Below are positions 56,334 through 64,000 of a stretch of DNA of 64,000 bases, piece by piece. Location: NCBI GenBank assembly GCA_963828735.1, contig CAWHFW010000003.1, positions 128,001 through 192,000 of the forward strand, given 5' to 3'. The notes beneath the pieces are model-generated. The model saw only the letters and a program-made list of their open reading frames with translations. It made no database searches and was not told the DNA's origin. Made by a program: the position numbers and the translations under genes. The DNA comes from an uncultured Gemmatimonadales bacterium (GTDB lineage Bacteria; Gemmatimonadota; Gemmatimonadetes; Gemmatimonadales; GWC2-71-9). How positions within the stretch are numbered: the first letter of the stretch is position 1; every line of letters starts with the position of its first letter.

Positions 56334-57899
56334 GTGAAGGCGACCATCGCCACGAGGCTGGCCACCCTGGCCGTCCTGGCCTCATCGGCGTGCTCCCGAG
56401 CCCCGGACCGCGGCGACCCGGAGGTCGCGAGCGCGAACGCTGCGCCACACGACGAGACCGCCAAGGCCGACCGGGAGAGGCAGCCGGTCGTCTCCACCGA
56501 CACGTCGCCCTTCATCCGGCCGCTCGCCAAGACCTGGACCGGTGACCTCGATGGTATGATCGACCGCCGGGCCATCCGCGTCCTCATTACGCCCACACGC
56601 ACCCAGTACTGGATCGACAAGGGGCAACAGACCGGGGTCGAGTACGAGCTCCTCCAGGCGTTCGAGGGTTGGATCAACAAGAAGTACCGGGCCAAGCGGC
56701 ACGTGAACATTCACGTGGTCTTCATCCCCACGTCGCGCGCGGACCTGATTCCGGGCCTGCAGAAGGGGTGGGGAGACGTGGCCGCCGGGGTTCTGACCGT
56801 GACCCCCGAGCGGCTGGCGCAGGTGGACTACGGCGGCCCGCTGTATCGCAACCTCAAGGAGGTGCCGGTCACGGGCCCGCGGTCGCCAGCGATCGCCACG
56901 CTCGACGATCTTGCCGGCAAGAAGGTCGTCGTGCGCAGCTCGTCGAGCTACTGGACCCACCTGGAAGAACTCAACCGGCGCTTCGCGGCCGAGGGCAAGC
57001 CGCCGATCGTGCTGCAGGCGGCCCCGGAAGATCTGGCCGACGACGACCTGATGGAGCTGGCCAACGCCGGGCTGATCGGCGTCACCGTGGTCGATCGCTA
57101 CGCCGCGCGCCTCTGGAGCAAGATCTTTCCCCGGATCGTCGTGCACGACAGCGTCTTCGTGCACGATGGCGGCGACGTCGGCTGGATGATCCGGAAGGAC
57201 AGCCCGCTCCTCAAGACCGACATCGACGAGTTCGCCCGATCCCACGGACAGGGCACACTCCTCGGCAACACGCTGCTGAAGAAGTACACTGGATCGACCC
57301 GCTTCCTCCGGGACGCGATGTCGTCCAGCTCGACCGAGCGCTACAACCGGACCGTCGGCCTGTTCCGGAAGTACGGCGACGAGTACTCGCTCGACCCCCA
57401 ACTGATGCTGGCCCAGGGCTACCAGGAGTCGGGGCTGGACCAGACCCGGCGCAGCCGGGTCGGCGCGATCGGCGTGATGCAGATCATGCCGGCCACCGGC
57501 AAACAGCTCAAGGTGGGCGACATCAGCCAGCTCGAGCCGAACATCCACGGCGGCGTGAAGTACATCCGCTCGCTGATCGATCACAATTTCGCCGACCAGC
57601 CGATGGACGACCTCAACCGCACGCTGTTCGCCTTCGCCGCCTATAACGCGGGACCGACGCGAGTCCGGCGGCTGCGCGAGAAGGCGGCGCAGAGCGGGTT
57701 GGATCCGAACGTCTGGCGCAACAACGTGGAGCTGATTGCCGCGCGGGACATCGGCGCGGAGACGGTCACGTACGTCGCCAACATCTACAGGTACTACGTG
57801 GCGTACCGCCTCGCGATGGGCGAGCAGTCCGCGCGGAAGGACGCGCTGGAGCAGCTTCGCGGGCCGACGCCGGCACCAACGAAGAAGGACGCCAAGTGA
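56334..57899 (+). CDS. mltF: MltF-like lytic transglycosylase (periplasmic-binding plus SLT domains), lipoprotein
   Basis: WTGDLDGM..RR.IRVL, G.EYEL, LT.TPER; QGYQES, GAIGVMQIMP.T, AAYNAGP, ET..YV. Confidence 0.88.
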   Translation: MKATIATRLATLAVLASSACSRAPDRGDPEVASANAAPHDETAKADRERQPVVSTDTSPFIRPLAKTWTGDLDGMIDRRAIRVLITPTRTQYWIDKGQQTGVEYELLQAFEGWINKKYRAKRHVNIHVVFIPTSRADLIPGLQKGWGDVAAGVLTVTPERLAQVDYGGPLYRNLKEVPVTGPRSPAIATLDDLAGKKVVVRSSSSYWTHLEELNRRFAAEGKPPIVLQAAPEDLADDDLMELANAGLIGVTVVDRYAARLWSKIFPRIVVHDSVFVHDGGDVGWMIRKDSPLLKTDIDEFARSHGQGTLLGNTLLKKYTGSTRFLRDAMSSSSTERYNRTVGLFRKYGDEYSLDPQLMLAQGYQESGLDQTRRSRVGAIGVMQIMPATGKQLKVGDISQLEPNIHGGVKYIRSLIDHNFADQPMDDLNRTLFAFAAYNAGPTRVRRLREKAAQSGLDPNVWRNNVELIAARDIGAETVTYVANIYRYYVAYRLAMGEQSARKDALEQLRGPTPAPTKKDAK

Positions 57900-58025
57900 G
57901 GGCTACGCTGTTGCCCGGCGAGGGCGACGCCAGTGGCACCGTGTCCGCCTGGTGGCGGCCGGTCAAGCCCTAGCCAAATTCCCGACCCCTGCCCATCTTC
58001 CCGCGTCCCCACCCAAAGACGCTCC

Positions 58026-60719
58026 ATGCCCGAACTACTCGGCCGGCTCCAATCCGCCCTGGCGGACCGCTATCGTCTTGACCGCGAGGTCGGCGCCGGC
58101 GGCATGGCGACCGTCTACCTGGCGGAGGACGTCCGCCACGATCGCCGTGTCGCGCTCAAGGTGCTGCGCCCCGAGCTCGCCGCCGTGATCGGCGCCGAGC
58201 GTTTCCTGGCCGAGATCAAGCTCACCGCCAACCTCCAGCACCCGCACATTCTGCCGCTGTTCGACTCGGGCGAGGCCGACGGCTACCTCTTCTACGTCAT
58301 GCCGTTCATCGACGGCGAGTCGCTGCGCGACCGGCTCAACCGCGAGAAGCAGCTCCCCGTCCCCGACGCGGTGCGGATCGCCACCGAGGTGGCCTCGGCG
58401 CTCGACTACGCGCACCGGCACGGCGTGGTCCACCGGGACATCAAGCCCGAGAACATCCTGCTGCACGACGGCCGGGCCCTCGTGGCGGACTTCGGCATCG
58501 CGCTCGCGGCCAGCAAGGCGAGCGGCGCGCGCATGACCGAGACCGGCATGAGCCTCGGCACGCCGCACTACATGAGCCCCGAGCAGGCCATGGGCGAACG
58601 GGACATCACGGCCCGTTCGGACGTGTACGCGCTCGGTGCCGTGCTGTACGAGATGCTCACGGCCGAGCCGCCGTTCACCGGCGCCACGGCACAGGCCGTG
58701 GTAGCTCGAGTGGTGACCGAGAGTCCGCGGCCGCTCATTCCTCAGCGCCACACGATACCGCCGAATGTCGAGGCGGCGACGCTCACCGCGCTCGAGAAGC
58801 TCCCGGCTGACCGCTTCGCGACGGCCGCCGAGTTCGCCGAGGCGCTCGCCGGCCGGGGCTTCACGGCGGGCGCGACGGCGCCATCGGCGGCGGCGACGGC
58901 CAAACTACCTGCCGCCGGCCCCCCGGCCCGGCGCTCGAACGCGCCCATGGTGGGGGCGCTCGCCCTGGCGGCCGTGGCGACCGCCGCCGCCCTCTGGGGC
59001 TGGCTCCGCCCTGGCCCCGCGCCGGTGGTCAACCGCTACAGCCTTCTGCTCCGGCCCGCCGAAGGGCTTCGTCCCTCGGCGATCGCGGGCAACATCGCCA
59101 TCTCACCCGACGGCAACCGGATCGCCTACATCGGCCCTGCCGAGGGCGGCACCCGGCTCTGGCTGCGCGAGCACGACAAGCTCCGCCCCCTCCCGATCGC
59201 TGGCACCGACGGAGGCGTCAGTCCCTTCTTCTCGCCTGACGGCAGCCAGCTCGCCTTCATCGTCGGCGGACGATCCTTGCGGATAGCTCCGCTCGGCGGC
59301 GGCCCGCCGGTGACACTTTCCGACAGCCTCAACTCGTCCGGCGGCGACTGGGGAACCGACGGCTACGTCTACGTGGAGCTGCAGGAAGGGCTCGGGCGCA
59401 TTCGCGCTACGGGGGGACCGATCGAGGTGCTCTTCCGGCTCTCGGAGGAGCGGCACGAGGTCGGAGCGGAGTATCCCAACGTGATGCCCGACGGGAAGGG
59501 ACTCGTATTCCGGCGTCGCCTCTCCGGGCAACCGGCAAACGAGTTCGAGATCATGGAGATGGCGGTGCCGGCAGGCGTTCCGCGCCCGCTGGTTCGCGGC
59601 GTCTACGCCCGCTACGCATCATCGGGCCACCTGCTGGTCGTCACGAGCGACGGGAAGTTGCTCGCCATCCCGTTCGATCCGCGGAAGCGTGCCTTGAGGG
59701 GGGCGCCTGTCGCGGTAATGGACGGCCTGCTTCGCAGCGGACCGTTCGAGATGAACTTCGCGGTGTCCGCCACGGGGACGCTGGTGTATACGTCCGGCGG
59801 AAGCGCCGCCGCGAACAACGCCTGGTGGGTCAACCGCGATGGCACCGGAGCCACGCCCGTGGACTCGGCCTGGAATCCGCAGGGGAGCATCGGCGCGCTT
59901 GCCCTCTCGCCGAACGCCAAGTCGCTCGCGCTGACCGTGCTCCGTGGGGCGTCGCAGGACATCTGGGTCAAGCAGCTGCCCACGGGCCCGTTCTCCCGGA
60001 TCACCTTCGGCGACACGGTCCACTTCCGCCCGGCGTGGACGGCGGACGGGCGCTCGATCGTTTACATGAACGATCTAGGCTCCGGGGCCGGGCAGCCCAC
60101 GATGACGCGAGCCGACGGCACCGGGGCGCCCCGCGTGTTGTTGAACTCGTCCTTCCAATTCGCCCAGGCGTTCGAGACCGGCGACGGGCACTGGCTCGTG
60201 CTCCGCCGCTCGTTCGCAGAGGCTGGGAACGGAGACATCTACGCGGTCAAGACGGGCGACACGACACTCGTCCCGCTGCTCACGACGCCCGCGCGGGAGA
60301 TGAGCCCCGCCGTATCGCCCGACGGTCACTGGCTGGCATACGTCTCGGACGAGTCCGGGGCGAACGAGGTCTACGTGCGGCCGTTCCCGGACGTGGCATC
60401 GGCTCGATGGCAGGTATCGGTGAGCGGCGGGTCGCTTCCGGTGTGGGCCCGGAGCGGGCGCGAGCTGTTCTATGTGAACGGGCGCGGGGAGATGACGAGC
60501 CTTGAGCTCAAGCCGGGGCCGAGCTTCGCGGTCGGGGATCCGCGGGTGCTCTTCCCGACCGGTCCGTACGTGATGGCAGGGAACGCGGGGGTCTACGACG
60601 TGTCGCCTGATGGACGGCGGTTTCTAGTGGTGCGGCTGGCTGCCGGCGCGGGAGAGGTCGAGCTGGTGGTAGTACAGAACTGGTTCGAGGAGCTGAAGGC
60701 GCGGGTAGGAAAGAACTAA
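58026..60719 (+). CDS. Ser/Thr protein kinase with TM and PD40/TolB-like beta-propeller sensor
   Basis: GAGGMATVY, VALK, HRDIKPEN, DFGIA, GTP.YMSPEQ; SPDG repeats; VV.NWFEELK tail. Confidence 0.95.
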   Translation: MPELLGRLQSALADRYRLDREVGAGGMATVYLAEDVRHDRRVALKVLRPELAAVIGAERFLAEIKLTANLQHPHILPLFDSGEADGYLFYVMPFIDGESLRDRLNREKQLPVPDAVRIATEVASALDYAHRHGVVHRDIKPENILLHDGRALVADFGIALAASKASGARMTETGMSLGTPHYMSPEQAMGERDITARSDVYALGAVLYEMLTAEPPFTGATAQAVVARVVTESPRPLIPQRHTIPPNVEAATLTALEKLPADRFATAAEFAEALAGRGFTAGATAPSAAATAKLPAAGPPARRSNAPMVGALALAAVATAAALWGWLRPGPAPVVNRYSLLLRPAEGLRPSAIAGNIAISPDGNRIAYIGPAEGGTRLWLREHDKLRPLPIAGTDGGVSPFFSPDGSQLAFIVGGRSLRIAPLGGGPPVTLSDSLNSSGGDWGTDGYVYVELQEGLGRIRATGGPIEVLFRLSEERHEVGAEYPNVMPDGKGLVFRRRLSGQPANEFEIMEMAVPAGVPRPLVRGVYARYASSGHLLVVTSDGKLLAIPFDPRKRALRGAPVAVMDGLLRSGPFEMNFAVSATGTLVYTSGGSAAANNAWWVNRDGTGATPVDSAWNPQGSIGALALSPNAKSLALTVLRGASQDIWVKQLPTGPFSRITFGDTVHFRPAWTADGRSIVYMNDLGSGAGQPTMTRADGTGAPRVLLNSSFQFAQAFETGDGHWLVLRRSFAEAGNGDIYAVKTGDTTLVPLLTTPAREMSPAVSPDGHWLAYVSDESGANEVYVRPFPDVASARWQVSVSGGSLPVWARSGRELFYVNGRGEMTSLELKPGPSFAVGDPRVLFPTGPYVMAGNAGVYDVSPDGRRFLVVRLAAGAGEVELVVVQNWFEELKARVGKN

Positions 60720-60834
60720 TCCACTCACCATGATCAGGTCGGCACGACTGGTCGCCGCGGTCTGGCTCGCAGGACCGAGGAAGTCTGGAGCATCGCGTTG
60801 CCGTGAGGCCGGAGCCTTGAGTGACGTTGGACAT

Positions 60835-60925
60835 GTCGGACGGCCTGACGGTTAGTCGGTGCCCGGGCAGACGTCTCCGTTCCATTGAAGGCGCCGACCG
60901 TCAGACTGTCAGGCCGTCCGACTGT
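60835..60925. repeat. Octamer-based inverted/tandem repeat element between convergent genes
   Basis: 15-bp perfect IR (60835-60849/60908-60922); CCGACCGT-CAGACTGT-CAGGCCGT-CCGACTGT tandem at 60894-60925. Confidence 0.75.
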
Positions 60926-60930
60926 CCGGT

Positions 60931-61347
60931 CTACCTCGCCCCCAGCGCCCTCGCTGCCCGCGCATAGTCGCGCGGCTTCACCCACAAGAGCATGCCGTAG
61001 CGCCCCTGCCCTGCCGCGACGGCGTCGGCCGCCGTGACATTGATCTTCGCGTCCGCCAGCTTCTGCAGGTGGCGATGCACGGCACCCACCTGGTCGGCGC
61101 CCTGGATCAGAAATCCCTTCTTCACCTTGCTCAACCGCCACCCGTTCCGCCGCGCGACCCGGCGCAACGGCCCGATGTCCTCGACCACCAGATCGAGCTG
61201 CGACCTCCCCGCTCCGACGGGGAAGCCCGAGTAGGCGAGCAGGTTGATGCCCGCGCCGGTGATCTCGGCGAGAATGCGCGCGCCCTGGCCGGCGCGGTTG
61301 GGAACGATGGGATAGCAATAGTTGACCTTCTTCACCCGGTCCGGCAT
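60931..61347 (-). CDS. Tandem ACT-domain-like protein
   Basis: PNRAGQGA.IL......GINL and D.VGA....L.KLA...IN ACT-like motifs; CAGGAGG RBS. Confidence 0.8.
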   Translation of the reverse strand: MPDRVKKVNYCYPIVPNRAGQGARILAEITGAGINLLAYSGFPVGAGRSQLDLVVEDIGPLRRVARRNGWRLSKVKKGFLIQGADQVGAVHRHLQKLADAKINVTAADAVAAGQGRYGMLLWVKPRDYARAARALGAR

Positions 61348-61461
61348 GAGCGCCTCCTGGTCGAGGTGGGATACCGCCGCTCTGGCTGCAGGCAACCTAG
61401 CGCGTCCGCCGGTGATTCGTCGGACGGTCAGCCAGAACGTTTATCTCCGCCCTCTCTCACG

Positions 61462-61770
61462 CTACACCCTCCCCCGCGTTTCCCCCAGCACGATCGCCTG
61501 GCCGACCAGGTGCGCCACCCGGAGCGCGATCCACACGCGCGCGCCGACCCGCGCGAGGATCAGGTTGCTCGGCACCTCGAACAACACGTAGCCGAGGAAG
61601 AAGGCCCCGGCGCCGAACCCGTACACCGCCGGGCTCAGACCGAGGTCGTGGTTCATCTGGAGCGCGGCGAAGCCGACGTTGACGCGGTCGAGGAAGCAGA
61701 CGATGTAGAGCAGGAACAGGAACGGCAGCAGGCGCCGGCTCACCTTCGCCGGCGCGGTCGGCGTGCTCAC
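61462..61770 (-). pseudogene. Truncated MFS transporter (ACS family, TtuB/HpaX-like) remnant
   Basis: RRLLPFL, FLDRVNVGFA.L.M..DLGL, FEVPSNL.L.RVGAR.WIA, then stop after about 100 aa (full-length is about 430). Confidence 0.75.
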
Positions 61771-61771
61771 C

Positions 61772-64000
61772 CTACTTTCCGGCGGACAGCTGGTCCGCCT
61801 GCCGCCGCGCCGCGGCGAGCACGCTGTCGGCGCGCTGGTTCGCCTCGCGCACGACGTTCGCAGCCTGGTTGTCCGCCTGCTTGCGGACCTGGTCAGCGGC
61901 GGGCTTGGCCGCGGCCTGGAGGAGCGGATTGGTGCCCGCCTTGGCCATGAGCGAGTCAGCCTGCTTGTATCCCTCCAGCTTCACCTTGCTCGCCAGCGTA
62001 TCGGCCTGCTGCCGGATGGCCGCGGCTTGCTGGTCCGCCTGCGCCAGCAGCTGCGTCGCCTCGGCGGACAGCTTCTTCGTGGCCGCCTGCTCCACGCCCT
62101 GCGTCACCGACGAGGTGAGACTCCCGACATCGGCCTTGACGCTGGGATTGGTCACCGTGCCGCCGAGCTGGATGCCGAGCGGAATCTCGGACGCTGCGCT
62201 CAGGTCGACGCCCGCCTTGCCGGCCTGCGACATCACACCGGCGAGGGCCTGGTTCGCGCCGCTGCCGAGCAGTGAGCGCGGCACCTGCAGCTTGAGGGCG
62301 TACTGCAGCGACTGATCGAGGCCGTTGGAGCCGGAGACGTTCATCGTCGTCGGCCCGAGCTTGACGTCGAACGGGTCCACGCTCAAGCGGCCGTCCCGGA
62401 TCTTGAAGGCCGCCTTGATGGCGTTCAGGGTCGGGTCGTCGAGGAAGTTGAGCTTGGTCACGTCCACGACCTTGTCCAGCGGCGGGAAGTTCTGCAGCGC
62501 CACCTGCGAGGTCTGGAGCTTGCCGGCGCCGGTGAGCCCGGGGAACAGCGGCATCATGTCCTTGCCAAGCGCCCCGTTGAGCCGGAAGTCGGTCGTCACC
62601 TTCCCGATGGCGTACTTGGCCACCGGAGCCAGCATCTGAACCGTGTTGAAGGCCTTGAATGCGGACGGGATGTCCACCTTGGTCATCTTGAAGCCCAGGT
62701 CGAACGTCGGCTTGGCCAGGTTGGTAGTCTCGTAATAGCCGGTGACGCCGATCTGGCCGCCCAGCGTGTTCATTTCGAAATCCTCGAGCGTGACGCGCTG
62801 ATCCTTGAGGCGAAGCCGGCCGCGCGCATTGTTCATCACCAGGTTGCCGTACGTCAGCTGTGCGACGGTCACGCCCAGGCTGAAATCGATCTTGGGCGGC
62901 ACGGGAATCACCTGAAGATCGCTCTCGCCCGACTTCCACTCGTCCAGGTTGAACTTGTTGCTCCGCACCGTCGCGGTGCCGCGCAGCGTGTCGTCCCGGA
63001 AGGCATAGGACAGCAGGTTCTCGAGCGTGCCCGAGGCCTGAAGATCGCTGCTGCCGATGGTCCCGGCGAACGACTTGAGCTGCGCGTGCTGCGGCGCCAG
63101 CGTGAGCGAGGCCTGTTGGATCGAAAGTGGGTGCGGCAGCGTCTTTCCCTTCAAGGTGAGGCCGCCGACGTCCACGCTGCCGCTCGCATTCACCTTGTCG
63201 TACTGCTTCTTGTCCACGAACGACATTCGGGTCCGTACGGCCGCGTCCGCAGCGACGGTGCCGGTGAGCTGGTCGATCCCCTCGAGCTTCACCGTCCGGC
63301 GGACGTCGGCCAGATCCACCTTGCCCTTCACCCGAAGGTCCACGTCGGGATCCGACACCGGCGTCCGCATCGTCATCCTCGCGTCCACCGGGTTGCTGCC
63401 GAGGAGCAGGTGGAACCGGTCGAGCTTGACGAGCGTGCTGTCGACGCTGCCGCCGGGGTTGGTGAGCGCCAGGTCCATGAAGATGGACCGTGCCGGGAGC
63501 GGGAGATCGGGATACTTGAAGGCGGCGTCGTTCACCTTGGCGTTGAGCGCAAACGACGGGAAGGCGCTATCGCCGTATTCGCCCTTGACCTTGCCGTTGA
63601 CCGCGAAGGAGCCCGAGGTCTGCACCTTGTCGAAGTCGTGCGCATAGACCGCCGGCACGAGCGAGAGAATGCTGCGGAAGTTCGTGCTCGGGGCGCTGAA
63701 GGCGAGGTCGAGCCCGATATTCTTCCCGACGGTGCTCGCGGAGCCGGTCACGCTGAGCTTGAGGTCGTTGAGCTGGAGCTCGCTGGTCTTGAGCGTGTAG
63801 ATCTTCTTCGCGAGGTCCGCCTGGGCATCGGTATTGAGTGCGAGCCTCACGCGGTTGAGATACGGAACGCCGGCGAAGGTGACGCTCACCGTATCCGCGT
63901 CGGCCTTCGATCGGACCGCGACCAGCGTCTGGCTGAAGTCGCCCGACAGCGAGTGGTCGTAGCCGAGGACCGACGCGTTCAACTTCCCGTGGCGATCGTC
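61772..64000 (-). CDS. AsmA family protein (5' end outside window)
   Basis: Beta-taco repeats, F.I.DGR..V.PF, G....DQSL.Y, GGT.TNP.V; C-terminal helical A..EA repeats. Confidence 0.82.
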   Translation of the reverse strand, partial: DDRHGKLNASVLGYDHSLSGDFSQTLVAVRSKADADTVSVTFAGVPYLNRVRLALNTDAQADLAKKIYTLKTSELQLNDLKLSVTGSASTVGKNIGLDLAFSAPSTNFRSILSLVPAVYAHDFDKVQTSGSFAVNGKVKGEYGDSAFPSFALNAKVNDAAFKYPDLPLPARSIFMDLALTNPGGSVDSTLVKLDRFHLLLGSNPVDARMTMRTPVSDPDVDLRVKGKVDLADVRRTVKLEGIDQLTGTVAADAAVRTRMSFVDKKQYDKVNASGSVDVGGLTLKGKTLPHPLSIQQASLTLAPQHAQLKSFAGTIGSSDLQASGTLENLLSYAFRDDTLRGTATVRSNKFNLDEWKSGESDLQVIPVPPKIDFSLGVTVAQLTYGNLVMNNARGRLRLKDQRVTLEDFEMNTLGGQIGVTGYYETTNLAKPTFDLGFKMTKVDIPSAFKAFNTVQMLAPVAKYAIGKVTTDFRLNGALGKDMMPLFPGLTGAGKLQTSQVALQNFPPLDKVVDVTKLNFLDDPTLNAIKAAFKIRDGRLSVDPFDVKLGPTTMNVSGSNGLDQSLQYALKLQVPRSLLGSGANQALAGVMSQAGKAGVDLSAASEIPLGIQLGGTVTNPSVKADVGSLTSSVTQGVEQAATKKLSAEATQLLAQADQQAAAIRQQADTLASKVKLEGYKQADSLMAKAGTNPLLQAAAKPAADQVRKQADNQAANVVREANQRADSVLAAARRQADQLSAGK

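Noticed and set aside
57934..57948. TGGCAC-N5-CCGC before the kinase and TGGCGC-N5-TCGC (25410) before CHAT
   Set aside because: Correct spacing but poor -12 element; likely by chance in GC-rich DNA

Overview
High-GC (about 70%) bacterial chromosomal segment. Gene content (Ser/Thr kinase-PD40 fusion, exported TPR/CHAT proteins, DUF5916, DUF2911, the 'LDFAERLL' small protein) suggests Gemmatimonadota; this is inferred from family recognition, not from a search. About 49 CDSs are supported. I found no rRNA, tRNA, CRISPR array or transposase. The window is unusually rich in DNA end/gap repair genes. (i) A translationally coupled 'split LigD' operon (primase-polymerase, LigC-type ligase, stand-alone 3'-phosphoesterase) is led not by Ku but by an unannotated protein whose motifs resemble the DUF6884/YaaA fold. 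(ii) A canonical divergent ligD/ku locus is flanked by a KANL3/Tex30 hydrolase and DUF72. (iii) There are also a LigB-type ligase with an apparent CTG start, a second DUF72 and rmuC. The rest is mostly envelope or exported proteins (TamB/TamA, OMPs, lytic transglycosylases, DUF1460 amidase, peptidases, AsmA), transporters and stress genes. Regulatory signals readable by eye include a recurring ECF-type promoter (AAC-N16-CGT[A/C]), a sigma54 promoter with an upstream palindrome, and a triple PadR operator over a sigma70 promoter.
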